From: the human T2T-CHM13v2.0 reference genome, Homo sapiens
Assembly: GCF_009914755.1 (NCBI RefSeq)
Contig: NC_060927.1
Reading direction: 5' to 3' (one strand)
DNA length: 64,000 nucleotides
The notes under the pieces were generated by a model. The model was not told the origin of the DNA. It searched no databases and saw only the letters and a program-made list of their open reading frames with translations. Below, in pieces: positions 1 to 16,000 of the stretch; the stretch's first letter is position 1, and each line of letters opens with the position of its first letter. The position numbers and the translations under genes are program-made.

Positions 1-3000
1 ATATTCTATACTGCACAAAAAATATGAAATTACCCAAAGCATGTATTATATACTGTATATAAAATATGAAAGCACATCAAATATATATTTTATTCTGTAC
101 ATAAAATATCAAAGTACACCAGATATATATTCTATAGTGTACATAAAATATCAAAGTACCCAAACTATACATTATATACTGTATATAAAATATGAAATTA
201 CATCAAATATATATTATATTAGGTACATAAAATACGAAAGTACATCAAATATAGATTATATACTGTACATAAAATATCAAAGTACCCCAATATATATTAT
301 ATACTGTACATGAAATATCAAAGTTCACAAACTATATATTATGTACTGTACATAAAATATCAAAGTACCCAAGGTATATATTCTATACTGTACAAAAAAT
401 ATCAAAGTACCCAAAGCATGTATTATATACTGTACATAAAATATGAAAGTACATCAAATATAGATTATATACTGTACATTAAGTACCAAAGTACACCAAA
501 TATATATTTTATACTGTACATGAAATATCAAAGTTCACAAACCATACATTATATACTTTCCATAAAATATCAAAGTACCCATGGCATATATTCTATACTG
601 TACAAAAGATATCAAAGTACCCAAAGCATGTATTATATACTGTACATAAAATATGAAAGTACATCAAATATATATTTTATTCTGTACATAAAATATCAAA
701 GTACACCAGATATATATTCTATAGTGTACATAAAATATCAAAGTACCCAAACTATACATTATATACTGTACATAAAATATGAAATTACATCAAATATATA
801 TTATATTAGGTACATAAAATAAGAAAGTACATCAAATATAGATTATATACTGTACATAAAATATCAAAGTACCCCAATATATATTATATACTGTACATGA
901 AATATCAAAGTTCACAAACTATATATTATGTACTGTATATAAAATATCAAAGTACCCAAGGTATATATTCTATACTGCACAAAAAATATGAAATTACCCA
1001 AAGCATGTATTATATACTGTATATAAAATATGAAAGCACATCAAATATATATTTTATTCTGTACATAAAATATCAAAGTACACCAGATATATATTCTATA
1101 GTGTACATAAAATATCAAAGTACCCAAACTATACATTATATACTGTATATAAAATATGAAATTACATCAAATATATATTATATTAGGTACATAAAATACG
1201 AAAGTACATCAAATATAGATTATATACTGTACATAAAATATCAAAGTACCCCAATATATATTATATACTGTACATGAAATATCAAAGTTCACAAACTATA
1301 TATTATGTACTGTACATAAAATATCAAAGTACCCAAGGTATATATTCTATACTGTACAAAAAATATCAAAGTACCCAAAGCATGTATTATATACCGTACA
1401 TAAAATATAAAATTACATCAAATATATATTTTATTCTGTACATAAAATATCAAAGTACACCAGATATATATACTATAGTGTACATAAAATATCAAAGTAC
1501 CCAAACTATACATTATACACTGTACATAAAATATGAAATTACATCAAATATATATTAGGTACATAAAATATGAAAGTACATCAAATATAGATTATATACT
1601 GTAAATATAATATCAATGTACCCCAAATATATATTTTATACTCTATATGAAATATCAAAGTTCACAAACCATATATTATATACTGTACATAAAATATCAA
1701 AGTACCAAAGGTATATATTCTATACTGTACAAAAAATATCAAAGTACCCAAAGCATGTATTATATACTGTACATAAAATATGAAAGTACATCAAATATAG
1801 ATTATATACTGTACATTAAGTACCAAAGTACACCAAATATATATTTTATACTGTACATGAAATATCAAAGTTCACAAACCATACATTATATACTTTCCAT
1901 AAAATATCAAAGTACCCATGGCATATATTCTATACTGTACAAAAGATATCAAAGTACCCAAAGCATGTATTATATACTGTACATAAAATATGAAAGTACA
2001 TCAAATATATATTTTATTCTGTACATAAAATATCAAAGTACACCAGATATATATTCTATAGTGTACATAAAATATCAAAGTACCCAAACTATACATTATA
2101 TACTGTACATAAAATATGAAATTACATCAAATATATATTATATTAGGTACATAAAATAAGAAAGTACATCAAATATAGATTATATACTGTACATAAAATA
2201 TCAAAGTACCCCAATATATATTATATACTGTACATGAAATATCAAAGTTCACAAACTATATATTATGTACTGTATATAAAATATCAAAGTACCCAAGGTA
2301 TATATTCTATACTGCACAAAAAATATGAAATTACCCAAAGCATGTATTATATACTGTATATAAAATATGAAAGCACATCAAATATATATTTTATTCTGTA
2401 CATAAAATATCAAAGTACACCAGATATATATTCTATAGTGTACATAAAATATCAAAGTACCCAAACTATACATTATATACTGTATATAAAATATGAAATT
2501 ACATCAAATATATATTATATTAGGTACATAAAATACGAAAGTACATCAAATATAGATTATATACTGTACATAAAATATCAAAGTACCCCAATATATATTA
2601 TATACTGTACATGAAATATCAAAGTTCACAAACTATATATTATGTACTGTACATAAAATATCAAAGTACCCAAGGTATATATTCTATACTGTACAAAAAA
2701 TATCAAAGTACCCAAAGCATGTATTATATACTGTACATAAAATATGAAAGTACATCAAATATAGATTATATACTGTACATTAAGTACCAAAGTACACCAA
2801 ATATATATTTTATACTGTACATGAAATATCAAAGTTCACAAACCATACATTATATACTTTCCATAAAATATCAAAGTACCCATGGCATATATTCTATACT
2901 GTACAAAAGATATCAAAGTACCCAAAGCATGTATTATATACTGTACATAAAATATGAAAGTACATCAAATATATATTTTATTCTGTACATAAAATATCAA

Positions 3001-4500
3001 AGTACACCAGATATATATTCTATAGTGTACATAAAATATCAAAGTACCCAAACTATACATTATATACTGTACATAAAATATGAAATTACATCAAATATAT
3101 ATTATATTAGGTACATAAAATAAGAAAGTACATCAAATATAGATTATATACTGTACATAAAATATCAAAGTACCCCAATATATATTATATACTGTACATG
3201 AAATATCAAAGTTCACAAACTATATATTATGTACTGTATATAAAATATCAAAGTACCCAAGGTATATATTCTATACTGCACAAAAAATATGAAATTACCC
3301 AAAGCATGTATTATATACTGTATATAAAATATGAAAGCACATCAAATATATATTTTATTCTGTACATAAAATATCAAAGTACACCAGATATATATTCTAT
3401 AGTGTACATAAAATATCAAAGTACCCAAACTATACATTATATACTGTATATAAAATATGAAATTACATCAAATATATATTATATTAGGTACATAAAATAC
3501 GAAAGTACATCAAATATAGATTATATACTGTACATAAAATATCAAAGTACCCCAATATATATTATATACTGTACATGAAATATCAAAGTTCACAAACTAT
3601 ATATTATGTACTGTACATAAAATATCAAAGTACCCAAGGTATATATTCTATACTGTACAAAAAATATCAAAGTACCCAAAGCATGTATTATATACTGTAC
3701 ATAAAATATGAAAGTACATCAAATATAGATTATATACTGTACATTAAGTACCAAAGTACACCAAATATATATTTTATACTGTACATGAAATATCAAAGTT
3801 CACAAACCATACATTATATACTTTCCATAAAATATCAAAGTACCCATGGCATATATTCTATACTGTACAAAAGATATCAAAGTACCCAAAGCATGTATTA
3901 TATACTGTACATAAAATATGAAAGTACATCAAATATATATTTTATTCTGTACATAAAATATCAAAGTACACCAGATATATATTCTATAGTGTACATAAAA
4001 TATCAAACTACCCAAACTATACATTATATACTGTACATAAAATATGAAATTACATCAAATATATATTATATTAGGTACATAAAATAAGAAAGTACATCAA
4101 ATATAGATTATATACTGTACATAAAATATCAAAGTACCCCAATATATATTATATACTGTACATGAAATATCAAAGTTCACAAACTATATATTATGTACTG
4201 TATATAAAATATCAAAGTACCCAAGGTATATATTCTATACTGCACAAAAAATATGAAATTACCCAAAGCATGTATTATATACTGTATATAAAATATGAAA
4301 GCACATCAAATATATATTTTATTCTGTACATAAAATATCAAAGTACACCAGATATATATTCTATATTGTACATAAAATATCAAAGTACCCAAACTATACA
4401 TTATATACTGTACATAAAATATGAAATTACATCAAATATATATTATATTAGGTACATAAAATATGAAAGTACATCAAATATAGATTATATACTGTAAATA
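1..4500 (+). repeat. 964-bp super-repeat (377-bp HOR + 210-bp 5-mer + 377-bp HOR), about 4 copies, with one extra 373-bp HOR at 1274-1646
   Basis: Matching units at 2234/3198/4162 and 1647/2611/3575 (offset 964); 897 to 2234 = 964+373. Shared rare variants CATGGCAT, CTTTCCAT, AGCACATC, AAATTACCC. Confidence 0.88.
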
Positions 4501-7500
4501 TAATATCAATGTACCCCAAATATATATTTTATACTCTACATGAAATATCAAAGTTCACAAACCATATATTATATACTGTACATAAAATATCAAAGTACCC
4601 AAGGTATATATTCTATACTGTACAAAAAATATCAAAGTACCCAAAGCATGTATTATATACTGTACATAAAATATGAAATTACATCAAATATATATTATAT
4701 TAGGTACATAAAATATGAAAGTACATCAAATATAGATTATATACTGTATATAAAATATCAAAGTACCCCAAATATATATTATATACTGTACATGTAATAT
4801 CAAAGTTCACAACTATATATTACATACTGTACATAAAATATCAAAGTACCCAAGGTATATATTCTATACTGTACAAAAAATATCAAAGTACCCAAAGCAT
4901 GTATTATATACTGCACATAAAATATGAAAGTACATCAAATATATATTTTATTCTGTACATAAAATATCAAAGAACACCAGATATATATTCTATAGTGTAC
5001 ATAAAATATCAAAGTACCCAAACTATACATTATATACTGTACATAAAATATGAAATTACATCATATATATATTAGGTACATAAAATATGAAAGTACATCA
5101 AATATATATTTTATTCTGTACATAAAATATCAAAGTACACCAGATATATATTCTATAGTGTACATAAAATAACAAAGTACACAAACTATAAATTATATAC
5201 TGTACATAAAATATGAAATTACATCAAATATATATTAGGTACATAAAATATGAAAGTACATCAAATATAGATTATATACTGTACATATAATATCAATGTA
5301 CCCGAAATATATATTTTATACTCTACATGAAATATCAAAGTTCACAAACCATATATTGTATACTGCACATAAAATATCAAAATACCCAAGGTATATATTC
5401 TATACTGTACAAAAAATATCAAAGTACCCAAAGCAGGTATTATATACTGTACTTAAAATATGAAAGTACATCAAATATATATTTTATTCTGTACATAAAA
5501 TATCAGAGTACACCAGATATATATTCTATAGCGTACATAAAATATCAAAGTACACAAACTATACATTATATACTGTACATAAAATATGAAATTACATCAA
5601 ATATATATTATATTAGGTACATAAAATATGAAAGTACATCAAATATAGATTATATACTGTAAATATAATATCAATGTACCCCAAATATATATTTTATACT
5701 CTACATGAAATATCAAAGTTCACAAACCATATATTATATACTGTACATAAAATATCAAAGTACCCAAGGTATATATTCTATACTGTACAAAAAATATCAA
5801 AGTACCCAAAGCATGTATTATATACTGTACATAAAATATGAAAGTACATCAAATATATATTTTATTCTGTACATAAAATATCAAAGTACACCAGATATAT
5901 ATTCTATAGTGTACATAAAATAACAAAGTACACAAACTATAAATTATATAATGTACATAAAATATGAAATTACATCAAATATATATTAGGTACATAAAAT
6001 ATGAAAGTACATCAAATATAGATTATATACTGTACATATAATATCAATGTACCCGAAATATATATTTTATACTCTACATCTAATATCAAAGTTCACAAAC
6101 CATATATTGTATACTGCACATAAAATATCAAAATACCCAAGGTATATATTCTATACTGTACAAAAAATATCAAAGTACCCAAAGCAGGTATTATATACTG
6201 TACATAAAATATGAAAGTACATCAAATATATATTTTATTCTGTACATAAAATATCAAAGTACACCAGATATATATTCTATAGCGTACATAAAATATCAAA
6301 GTACACAAACTATACATTATATACTGTACATAAAATATGAAATTACATCAAATATATATTATATTAGGTACATAAAATATGAAAGTACATCAAATATAGA
6401 TTATATACTGTAAATATAATATCAATGTACCCCAAATATATATTTTATACTCTACATGAAATTTCAAAGTTCACAAACTATATATTATATACTGTACATA
6501 AAATATCAAAGTACCCAAGGTATATATTCTATACTGTGCAAAAAATATCAAAGTACCCAAAGCATGTATTATATACTGTATATAAAATATGAAAGTACAT
6601 CAAATATATATTTTATTCTGTACATAAAATATCAAAGAACACCAGATATATATTCTATAGTGTACATAAAATATCAAAGTACCCAAACTATACATTATAT
6701 ACTGTACATAAAATATGAAATTACATCAAATATATATTATATTAGGTACATAAAATACGAAAGTACATCAAATATAGATTATATACTGTACATAAAATAT
6801 CAAAGTACCCCAATATATATTATATACTGTACATGAAATATCAAAGTTCACAAACTATATATTATGTACTGTATATAAAATATCAAAGTACCCAAGGTAT
6901 ATATTCTATACTGCACAAAAAATATGAAATTACCCAAAGCATGTATTATATACTGTATATAAAATATGAAAGCACATCAAATATATATTTTATTCTGTAC
7001 ATAAAATATCAAAGTACACCAGATATATATTCTATAGTGTACATAAAATATCAAAGTACCCAAACTATACATTATATACTGTATATAAAATATGAAATTA
7101 CATCAAATATATATTATATTAGGTACATAAAATACGAAAGTACATCAAATATAGATTATATACTGTACATAAAATATCAAAGTACCCCAATATATATTAT
7201 ATACTGTACATGAAATATCAAAGTTCACAAACTATATATTATGTACTGTACATAAAATATCAAAGTACCCAAGGTATATATTCTATACTGTACAAAAAAT
7301 ATCAAAGTACCCAAAGCATGTATTATATACCGTACATAAAATATAAAATTACATCAAATATATATTTTATTCTGTACATAAAATATCAAAGTACACCAGA
7401 TATATATACTATAGTGTACATAAAATATCAAAGTACCCAAACTATACATTATACACTGTACATAAAATATGAAATTACATCAAATATATATTAGGTACAT

Positions 7501-10500
7501 AAAATATGAAAGTACATCAAATATAGATTATATACTGTAAATATAATATCAATGTACCCCAAATATATATTTTATACTCTATATGAAATATCAAAGTTCA
7601 CAAACCATATATTATATACTGTACATAAAATATCAAAGTACCAAAGGTATATATTCTATACTGTACAAAAAATATCAAAGTACCCAAAGCATGTATTATA
7701 TACTGTACATAAAATATGAAAGTACATCAAATATAGATTATATACTGTACATTAAGTACCAAAGTACACCAAATATATATTTTATACTGTACATGAAATA
7801 TCAAAGTTCACAAACCATACATTATATACTTTCCATAAAATATCAAAGTACCCATGGCATATATTCTATACTGTACAAAAGATATCAAAGTACCCAAAGC
7901 ATGTATTATATACTGTACATAAAATATGAAAGTACATCAAATATATATTTTATTCTGTACATAAAATATCAAAGTACACCAGATATATATTCTATAGTGT
8001 ACATAAAATATCAAAGTACCCAAACTATATATTATATACTGTACATAAAATATGAAATTACATCAAATATGTATTATATTAGGTACATAAAATATGAAAG
8101 TACATCAAATATAGATTATATACCGTACATAAAATATCAAACTACCCCAAATATATATTATATACTATACATGAAATATCAAATATCACAAACTATATAT
8201 TATATACTGTACATAAAATATCAACGTACCCAATGTATATATTCTATAGTGTACAAAAAATATCAAAGTACCCAAAGCATGTATTATATACTGTACATAA
8301 AATATAAAAGTACATCAAATATATATTTTATTCTGTACATAAAATATGAAAGTACACCAGATATATATTCTATAGTGTACATAAAATATCAAAGTACCCA
8401 ATCTATACATTATATACTGTACATAAAATATGAAATTACATCAAATATATATTATATTAGGTACTTAAAATATGAAAGTACATCAAATATAGATTATATA
8501 CTGTACATAAAATATCAAAGTACCCCAAATATATATTATATACTGTACATGAAATATCAAAGTTCACAACTATATATTATATACTGTACATAAAATATCA
8601 AAGTCCCCAAGGTATATATTCTATACTGTACAAAAAATATCAAAGTACACAAAGCATGTATTATATACTGTACATAAAATATGAAATTACATCAAATAAA
8701 TATTATATTAGGTACATAAAATATGAAAGTACATCAAATATAGATTATATACTGTACATAAAATGTCAAAGTACCCCAAATATATATTATATACTGTACA
8801 TGTAATATCAAAGTTCACAACTATATATTACATACTCTACATAAAATATCAAAGTACCCAAGGTATATATTCTATACTGTACAAAAAATATCAAAGTACC
8901 CAAAGCATGTATTATATACTGTACATAAAATATGAAAGTACATCAAATATATATTTTATTCTGTACATAAAATATCAAAGTACACCAGATATATATTCTA
9001 TAGTGTATATAAAATATCAAAGTACCCAAACTATACATTATATACTGTACATAAAATATGAAATTACATCAAATATATATTATATTAGGTACATAAAATA
9101 TGAAAGTACATGAAGTATAGATTATATACTGTACATAAAATATCAAAGTACCCCAAATTTATATTATATACTATACATGAAATATCAAAGTTCACAAACT
9201 ATATATTATATACTGTACATAAAATATCAAAGTACCCAAGGTATATATTCTATAGTGTACAAAAAATATCAAAGTACCCAAAGCATGTATTATATACCGT
9301 ACATAAAATATAAAATTACATCAAATATATATTTTATTCTGTACATAAAATATCAAAGTACACCAGATATATATACTATAGTGTACATAAAATATCAAAG
9401 TACCCAAACTATACATTATACACTGTACATAAAATATGAAATTACATCAAATATATATTAGGTACATAAAATATGAAAGTACATCAAATATAGATTATAT
9501 ACTGTAAATATAATATCAATGTACCCCAAATATATATTTTATACTCTACATGAAATATCAAAGTTCACAAACTATATATTATATACTGTACATAAAATAT
9601 CAAAGTACCCAAGGTATATATTCTATACTGAACAAAAAATATCAAAGTACCCAAAGCATGTATTATATACTGTACATAAAATATGAAAGTACATCAAATA
9701 TATATTTTATTCTGTACATAAAATATCAAAGTACACCAGATATATATTCTATAGTGTACATAAAATATCAAAGTACCCAAACTATACATTATATACTGTA
9801 CATAAAATATGAAATTACATCAAATATATATTATATTAGGTACATGAAATATGAAAGTACATCAAATATAGATTATATACTGTACATAAAATTTGAAAGT
9901 ACCCCAAATATATATTATATACTCTACATGAAATATCAAAGTTCACAAACTATATATTATATACTGTACATAAAATATCAAAGTACCCAAGGTATATATT
10001 CTATACTGTACAAAAAATATCAAAGTATCCAAAGCATGTATTATATACTGTATATAAAATATGAAAGTACATCAAATATATATTTTATTCTGTACATAAA
10101 ATATCAAAGTACACCAGATATATATTCTATATTGTACATAAAATATCAAAGTACCCAAACTATACATTATATACTGTACATAAAATATGAAATTACAGCA
10201 AATATATATTATATTAGGTACATAAAATATGAAAGTACATCAAATATAGATTATATACTGTACATTAAATACCAAAGTACCCCAAATATATATTTTATAC
10301 TGTACATGAAATATCAAAGTTCACAAACTATATATTATATACTGTACATAAAATATCAATGTACCCAAGGTATATATACTATACTGCACAAAAAATATCA
10401 AAGTACCCAAAGCATGTATTATATACTGTATATAAAATATGAAAGTACATCAAATATATATTTTATTCTGTACATAAAATATCAAAGTACACCAGATATA

Positions 10501-12720
10501 TATTCTATAGTGTACATAAAATATCAAAGTACCCAAACTATACATTATATACTGTACATAAAATATGAAATTACATCAAATATATATTATATTAGGTACA
10601 TAAAATAAGAAAGTACATCAAATATAGATTATATACTGTACATAAAATATCAAAGTACCCCAATATATATTATATACTGTACATGAAATATCAAAGTTCA
10701 CAAACTATATATTATGTACTGTACATAAAATATCAAAGTACCCAAGGTATATATTCTATACTGTACAAAAAATATCAAAGTACCCAAAGCATGTATTATA
10801 TAATGTACATAAAATATGAAAGTACATCAAATATATATTTTATTCTGTACATAAAATATCAAAGAACACCAGATATATATTCTATAGTGTACATAAAATA
10901 TCAAAGTACCCAAACTATACATTATATACTGTACATAAAATATGAAATTACATCATATATATATTAGGTACATAAAATATGAAAGTACATCAAATATATA
11001 TTTTATTCTGTACATAAAATATCAAAGTACACCAGATATATATTCTATAGTGTACATAAAATAACAAAGTACACAAACTATATATTATATACTGTACATA
11101 AAATATGAAATTACATCAAATATATATTAGGTACATAAAATATGAAAGTACATCAAATATAGATTATATACTGTACATATAATATCAATGTACCCGAAAT
11201 ATATATTTTATACTCTACATGAAATATCAAAGTTCACAAACCATATATTGTATACTGCACATAAAATATCAAAATACCCAAGGTATATATTCTATACTGT
11301 ACAAAAAATATCAAAGTACCCAAAGCAGGTATTATATACTGTACTTAAAATATGAAAGTACATCAAATATATATTTTATTCTGTACATAAAATATCAGAG
11401 TACACCAGATATATATTCTATAGCGTACATAAAATATCAAAGTACACAAACTATACATTATATACTGTACATAAAATATGAAATTACATCAAATATATAT
11501 TATATTAGGTACATAAAATATGAAAGTACATCAAATATAGATTATATACTGTACATAAAATATCAAAGTACCCCAAATATATATTATATACTCTACATGA
11601 AATATCAAAGTTCACAAACTATATATTATGTACTGTACATAAAATATCAAAGTACCCAAGGTATATATTCTATACTGTACAAAAAATATCAAGGTACCCA
11701 AAGCATGTATTATATACAGTACATAAAATATGAAAGTACATCAAATATATATTTTATTCTGTACATAAAATATCAAAGTACACCAGATATATATTCTATA
11801 GTGTACATAAAATAACAAAGTACCCAAACTATACATTATATACTGTACATAAAATATGAAATTACATCAAATATATATTAGGTACATAAAATATGAAAGA
11901 ACATCAAACATAGATTATATACTGTACAAAAAATATCAAAGTACCCCAAATATGTATTATATACTCTACATGAAATATCAAATTTCACAAACCATATATT
12001 ATATACTGTACATAAAATATCAAAGTACCCAAGGTATATATTCTATACTGTACAAAAAATATCAAAGTACCCAAAGCATGTATTATATACTGTATATAAA
12101 ATATGAAAGTACATCAAATATATATTTTATTCTGTACATAAAATATCAAAGTACACCAGATATATATTCTATAGTGTACATAAAATAACAAAGTACACAA
12201 ACTATAAATTATATACTGTACATAAAATATGAAATTACATCAAATATATATTAGGTACATAAAATATGAAAGTACATCAAATATAGATTATATACTGTAC
12301 ATATAATATCAATGTACCCGAAATATATATTTTATACTCTACATGAAATATCAAAGTTCACAAACCATATATTATATACTGTGCATAAAATATCAAAGTA
12401 CACAAGGTATATATTCTATACTGTACAAAAAATATCAAAGTACCCAAAGCATGTATTATATACTGTACATAAAATATGAAATTACATCAAATATATATTT
12501 TATTCTGTACATAAAATATCAAAGTACACCAGATATATATTCTATAGTGTACATAAAATATCAAAGTACCCAAACTATACATTATATACTGTACATAAAA
12601 TGTGAAATTACATCAAATATATATTATATTAGGTACATAAAATATGAAAGTACATCAAATATAGATTATATACTGTACATTAAATACCAATATACCCCAA
12701 ATATATATTTTACACTGTAC

Positions 12721-13098
12721 ATGAAATATCAAAGTTCACACACTATATATTATATACTGTACATAAAATATCAAAGTACCCAAGGTATATATTCTATACT
12801 GTACAAAAGATATCAAAGTACCCAAAGCATGTATTATATACTGTACATAAAATATGAAAGTACATCAAATATATATTTTATTCTGTACATAAAATATCAA
12901 AGTACACCAGATATATATTCTATAGTGTACATAAAATATCAAAGTACCCAAACTATACATTATATACTGTACATAAAATATGAAATTACATCAAATATAT
13001 ATTATATTAGGTACATAAAATAAGAAAGTACATCAAATATAGATTATATACTGTACATAAAATATCAAAGTACCCCAAATATATATTATATACTCTAC
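12721..13098 (+). repeat. Representative canonical 378-bp 9-mer HOR unit (A-B-C-D-E-F-G-H-I)
   Basis: ATGAAATATCAAAGTTCAC starts at 12721 and again at 13099, with nine 42-bp monomers between. Confidence 0.93.
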
Positions 13099-16000
13099 AT
13101 GAAATATCAAAGTTCACAAACTATATATTATATACTGTACATAAAATATCAAAGTACCCAAGGTATATATTCTATACTGTACAAAAAATATCAAAGTATC
13201 CAAAGCATGTTTTATATACTGTATATAAAATATGAAAGTACATTAAAGATATATTTTATTCTGTACATAAAATATCAAAATACACCAGATATATATTCTA
13301 TAGTGTACATAAAATAACAAAGTACACAAACTATAAATTATATACTGTACATAAAATATGAAATTACATCAAATATATATTAGGTACATAAAATATGAAA
13401 GTACATCAAATATAGATTATATACTGTACATATAATATCAATGTACCCCAAATATATATTTTATACTCTACATGAAATATCAAAGTTCACAAACCATACA
13501 TTATATACTGTACATAAAATATCAAAGTACCCAAGTTATATATTCTATACTGTACAAAAGATATCAAAGTACCCAAAGCATGTATTATATACTGTATATA
13601 AAATATGAAAGTACATCAAATATATATTATATACTGTACATAAAATATCAAAGTACACCAGATATATATTTTATAGTGTACATAAAATATCAAAGTACCC
13701 AAACTATACATTATATACTGTACATAAAATATGAGATTACATCAAATATATATTATATTAGGTACATAAAATATGAAAGTACATCAGATATAGATTATAT
13801 ACTGTACATAAAATATCAAAGTACCCCAAATATATATTATATACTCTACATGAAATATCAAAGTTCACAAACTATATATTATATACTGTACATAAAATAT
13901 CAAAGTACCCAAGGTATATATTCTATACTGTACAAAAAATATCAAAATACCCAAAGCATGTATTATATACTGTATATAAAATATGAAAATACATTAAATA
14001 TATATTTTATTCTGTACATAAAATATCAAAGTACACCAGATATATATTCTATAGTGTACATAAAATAACAAAGTACACAAACTATAAATTATATACTGTA
14101 CGTAAAATATGAAATTACATCAAATATATATTAGGTACATAAAATATGAAAGTACATCAAATATAGATTATATACTGTACATATAATATCAATGTACCCC
14201 AAATATATATTTTATACTCTACATGAAATATCAAAGTTCAGAAACCATACATTATATACTTTCCATAAAATATCAAAGTACCCATGGCATATATTCTATA
14301 CTGTACAAAAGATATCAAAGTACCCAAAGCATGTATTATATACTGTATATAAAATATGAAAGTACATCAAATATATATTTTATTCTGTACATAAAATATG
14401 AAAGTACACCAGATATATATTCTATAGTGTACATAAAATATCAAAGTACCCAAACTATATATTATATACTGTACATAAAATATGAAATTACATCAAATAT
14501 GTATTATATTAGGTACATAAAATATGAAAGTACATCAAATATAGATTATATACCGTACATAAAATATCAAAGTACCCCAAATATATATTATATACTATAC
14601 ATGAAATATCAAATATCACAAACTATATATTATATACTGTACATAAAATATCAAAGTACCCAATGTATATATTCTATAGTGTACAAAAAATATCAAAGTA
14701 CCCAAAGCATGTATTATATACTGTACATAAAATATAAAAGTACATCAAATATATATTTTATTCTGTACATAAAATATGAAAGTACACCAGATATATATTC
14801 TATAGTGTACATAAAATATCAAAGTACCCAAACTATACATTATATACTGTACATAAAATATGAAATTACATCAAATATATATTATATTAGGTACTTAAAA
14901 TATGAAAGTACATCAAATATAGATTATATACTGTACATAAAATATCAAAGTACCCCAAATATATATTATATACTGTACATGAAATATCAAAGTTCACAAC
15001 TATATATTATATACTGTACATAAAATATCAAAGTCCCCAAGGTATATATTCTATACTGTACAAAAAATATCAAAGTACACAAAGCATGTATTATATACTG
15101 TACATAAAATATGAAATTACATCAAATATATATTATATTAGGTACATAAAATATGAAAGTACATCAAATATAGATTATATACTGTACATAAAATATCAAA
15201 GTACCCCAAATATATATTATATACTGTACATGTAATATCAAAGTTCACAACTATATATTACATACTGTACATAAAATATCAAAGTACCCAAGGTATATAT
15301 TCTATACTGTACAAAAAATATCAAAGTACCCAAAGCATGTATTATATACTGTACATAAAATATGAAAGTACATCAAATATATATTTTATTCTGTACATAA
15401 AATATCAAAGTACACCAGATATATATTCTATAGTGTATAAAAAATATCAAAGTACCCAAACTATACATTATATACTGTACATAAAATATGAAATTACATC
15501 AAATATATATTATATTAGGTACATAAAATATGAAAGTACATGAAGTATAGATTATATACTGTACATAAAATATCAAAGTACCCCAAATTTATATTATATA
15601 CTATACATGAAATATCAAAGTTCACAAACTATATATTATATACTGTACATAAAATATCAAAGTACCCAAGGTATATATTCTATAGTGTACAAAAAATATC
15701 AAAGTACCCAAAGCATGTATTATATACCGTACATAAAATATAAAATTACATCAAATATATATTTTATTCTGTACATAAAATATCAAAGTACACCAGATAT
15801 ATATTCTATAGAGTACATAAAATATCAAAGTACCCAAACTATACATTACATACTGTACATAAAATGCGAAATTACATCAAATATATATTATAATAGGTAC
15901 ATAAAATATGAAAGTACATCAAATATAGATTATATACTGTACATTAAATACGAAAGTACCCCAAATATATATTTTATACTGTACATGAAATATCAAAGTA

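Noticed and set aside
56-64. TATA-box-like TATATAAAA motifs
   Set aside because: A frequent C>T variant of TACATAAAA with no other promoter context; cannot be supported as promoters.
9110-9313. Alternative-frame 67-aa ORF 'MKYRLYTVHKISKYPK...' recurring several times
   Set aside because: Created by one variant (ACATGAAGT) in monomer H and copied with its block; same satellite sequence.
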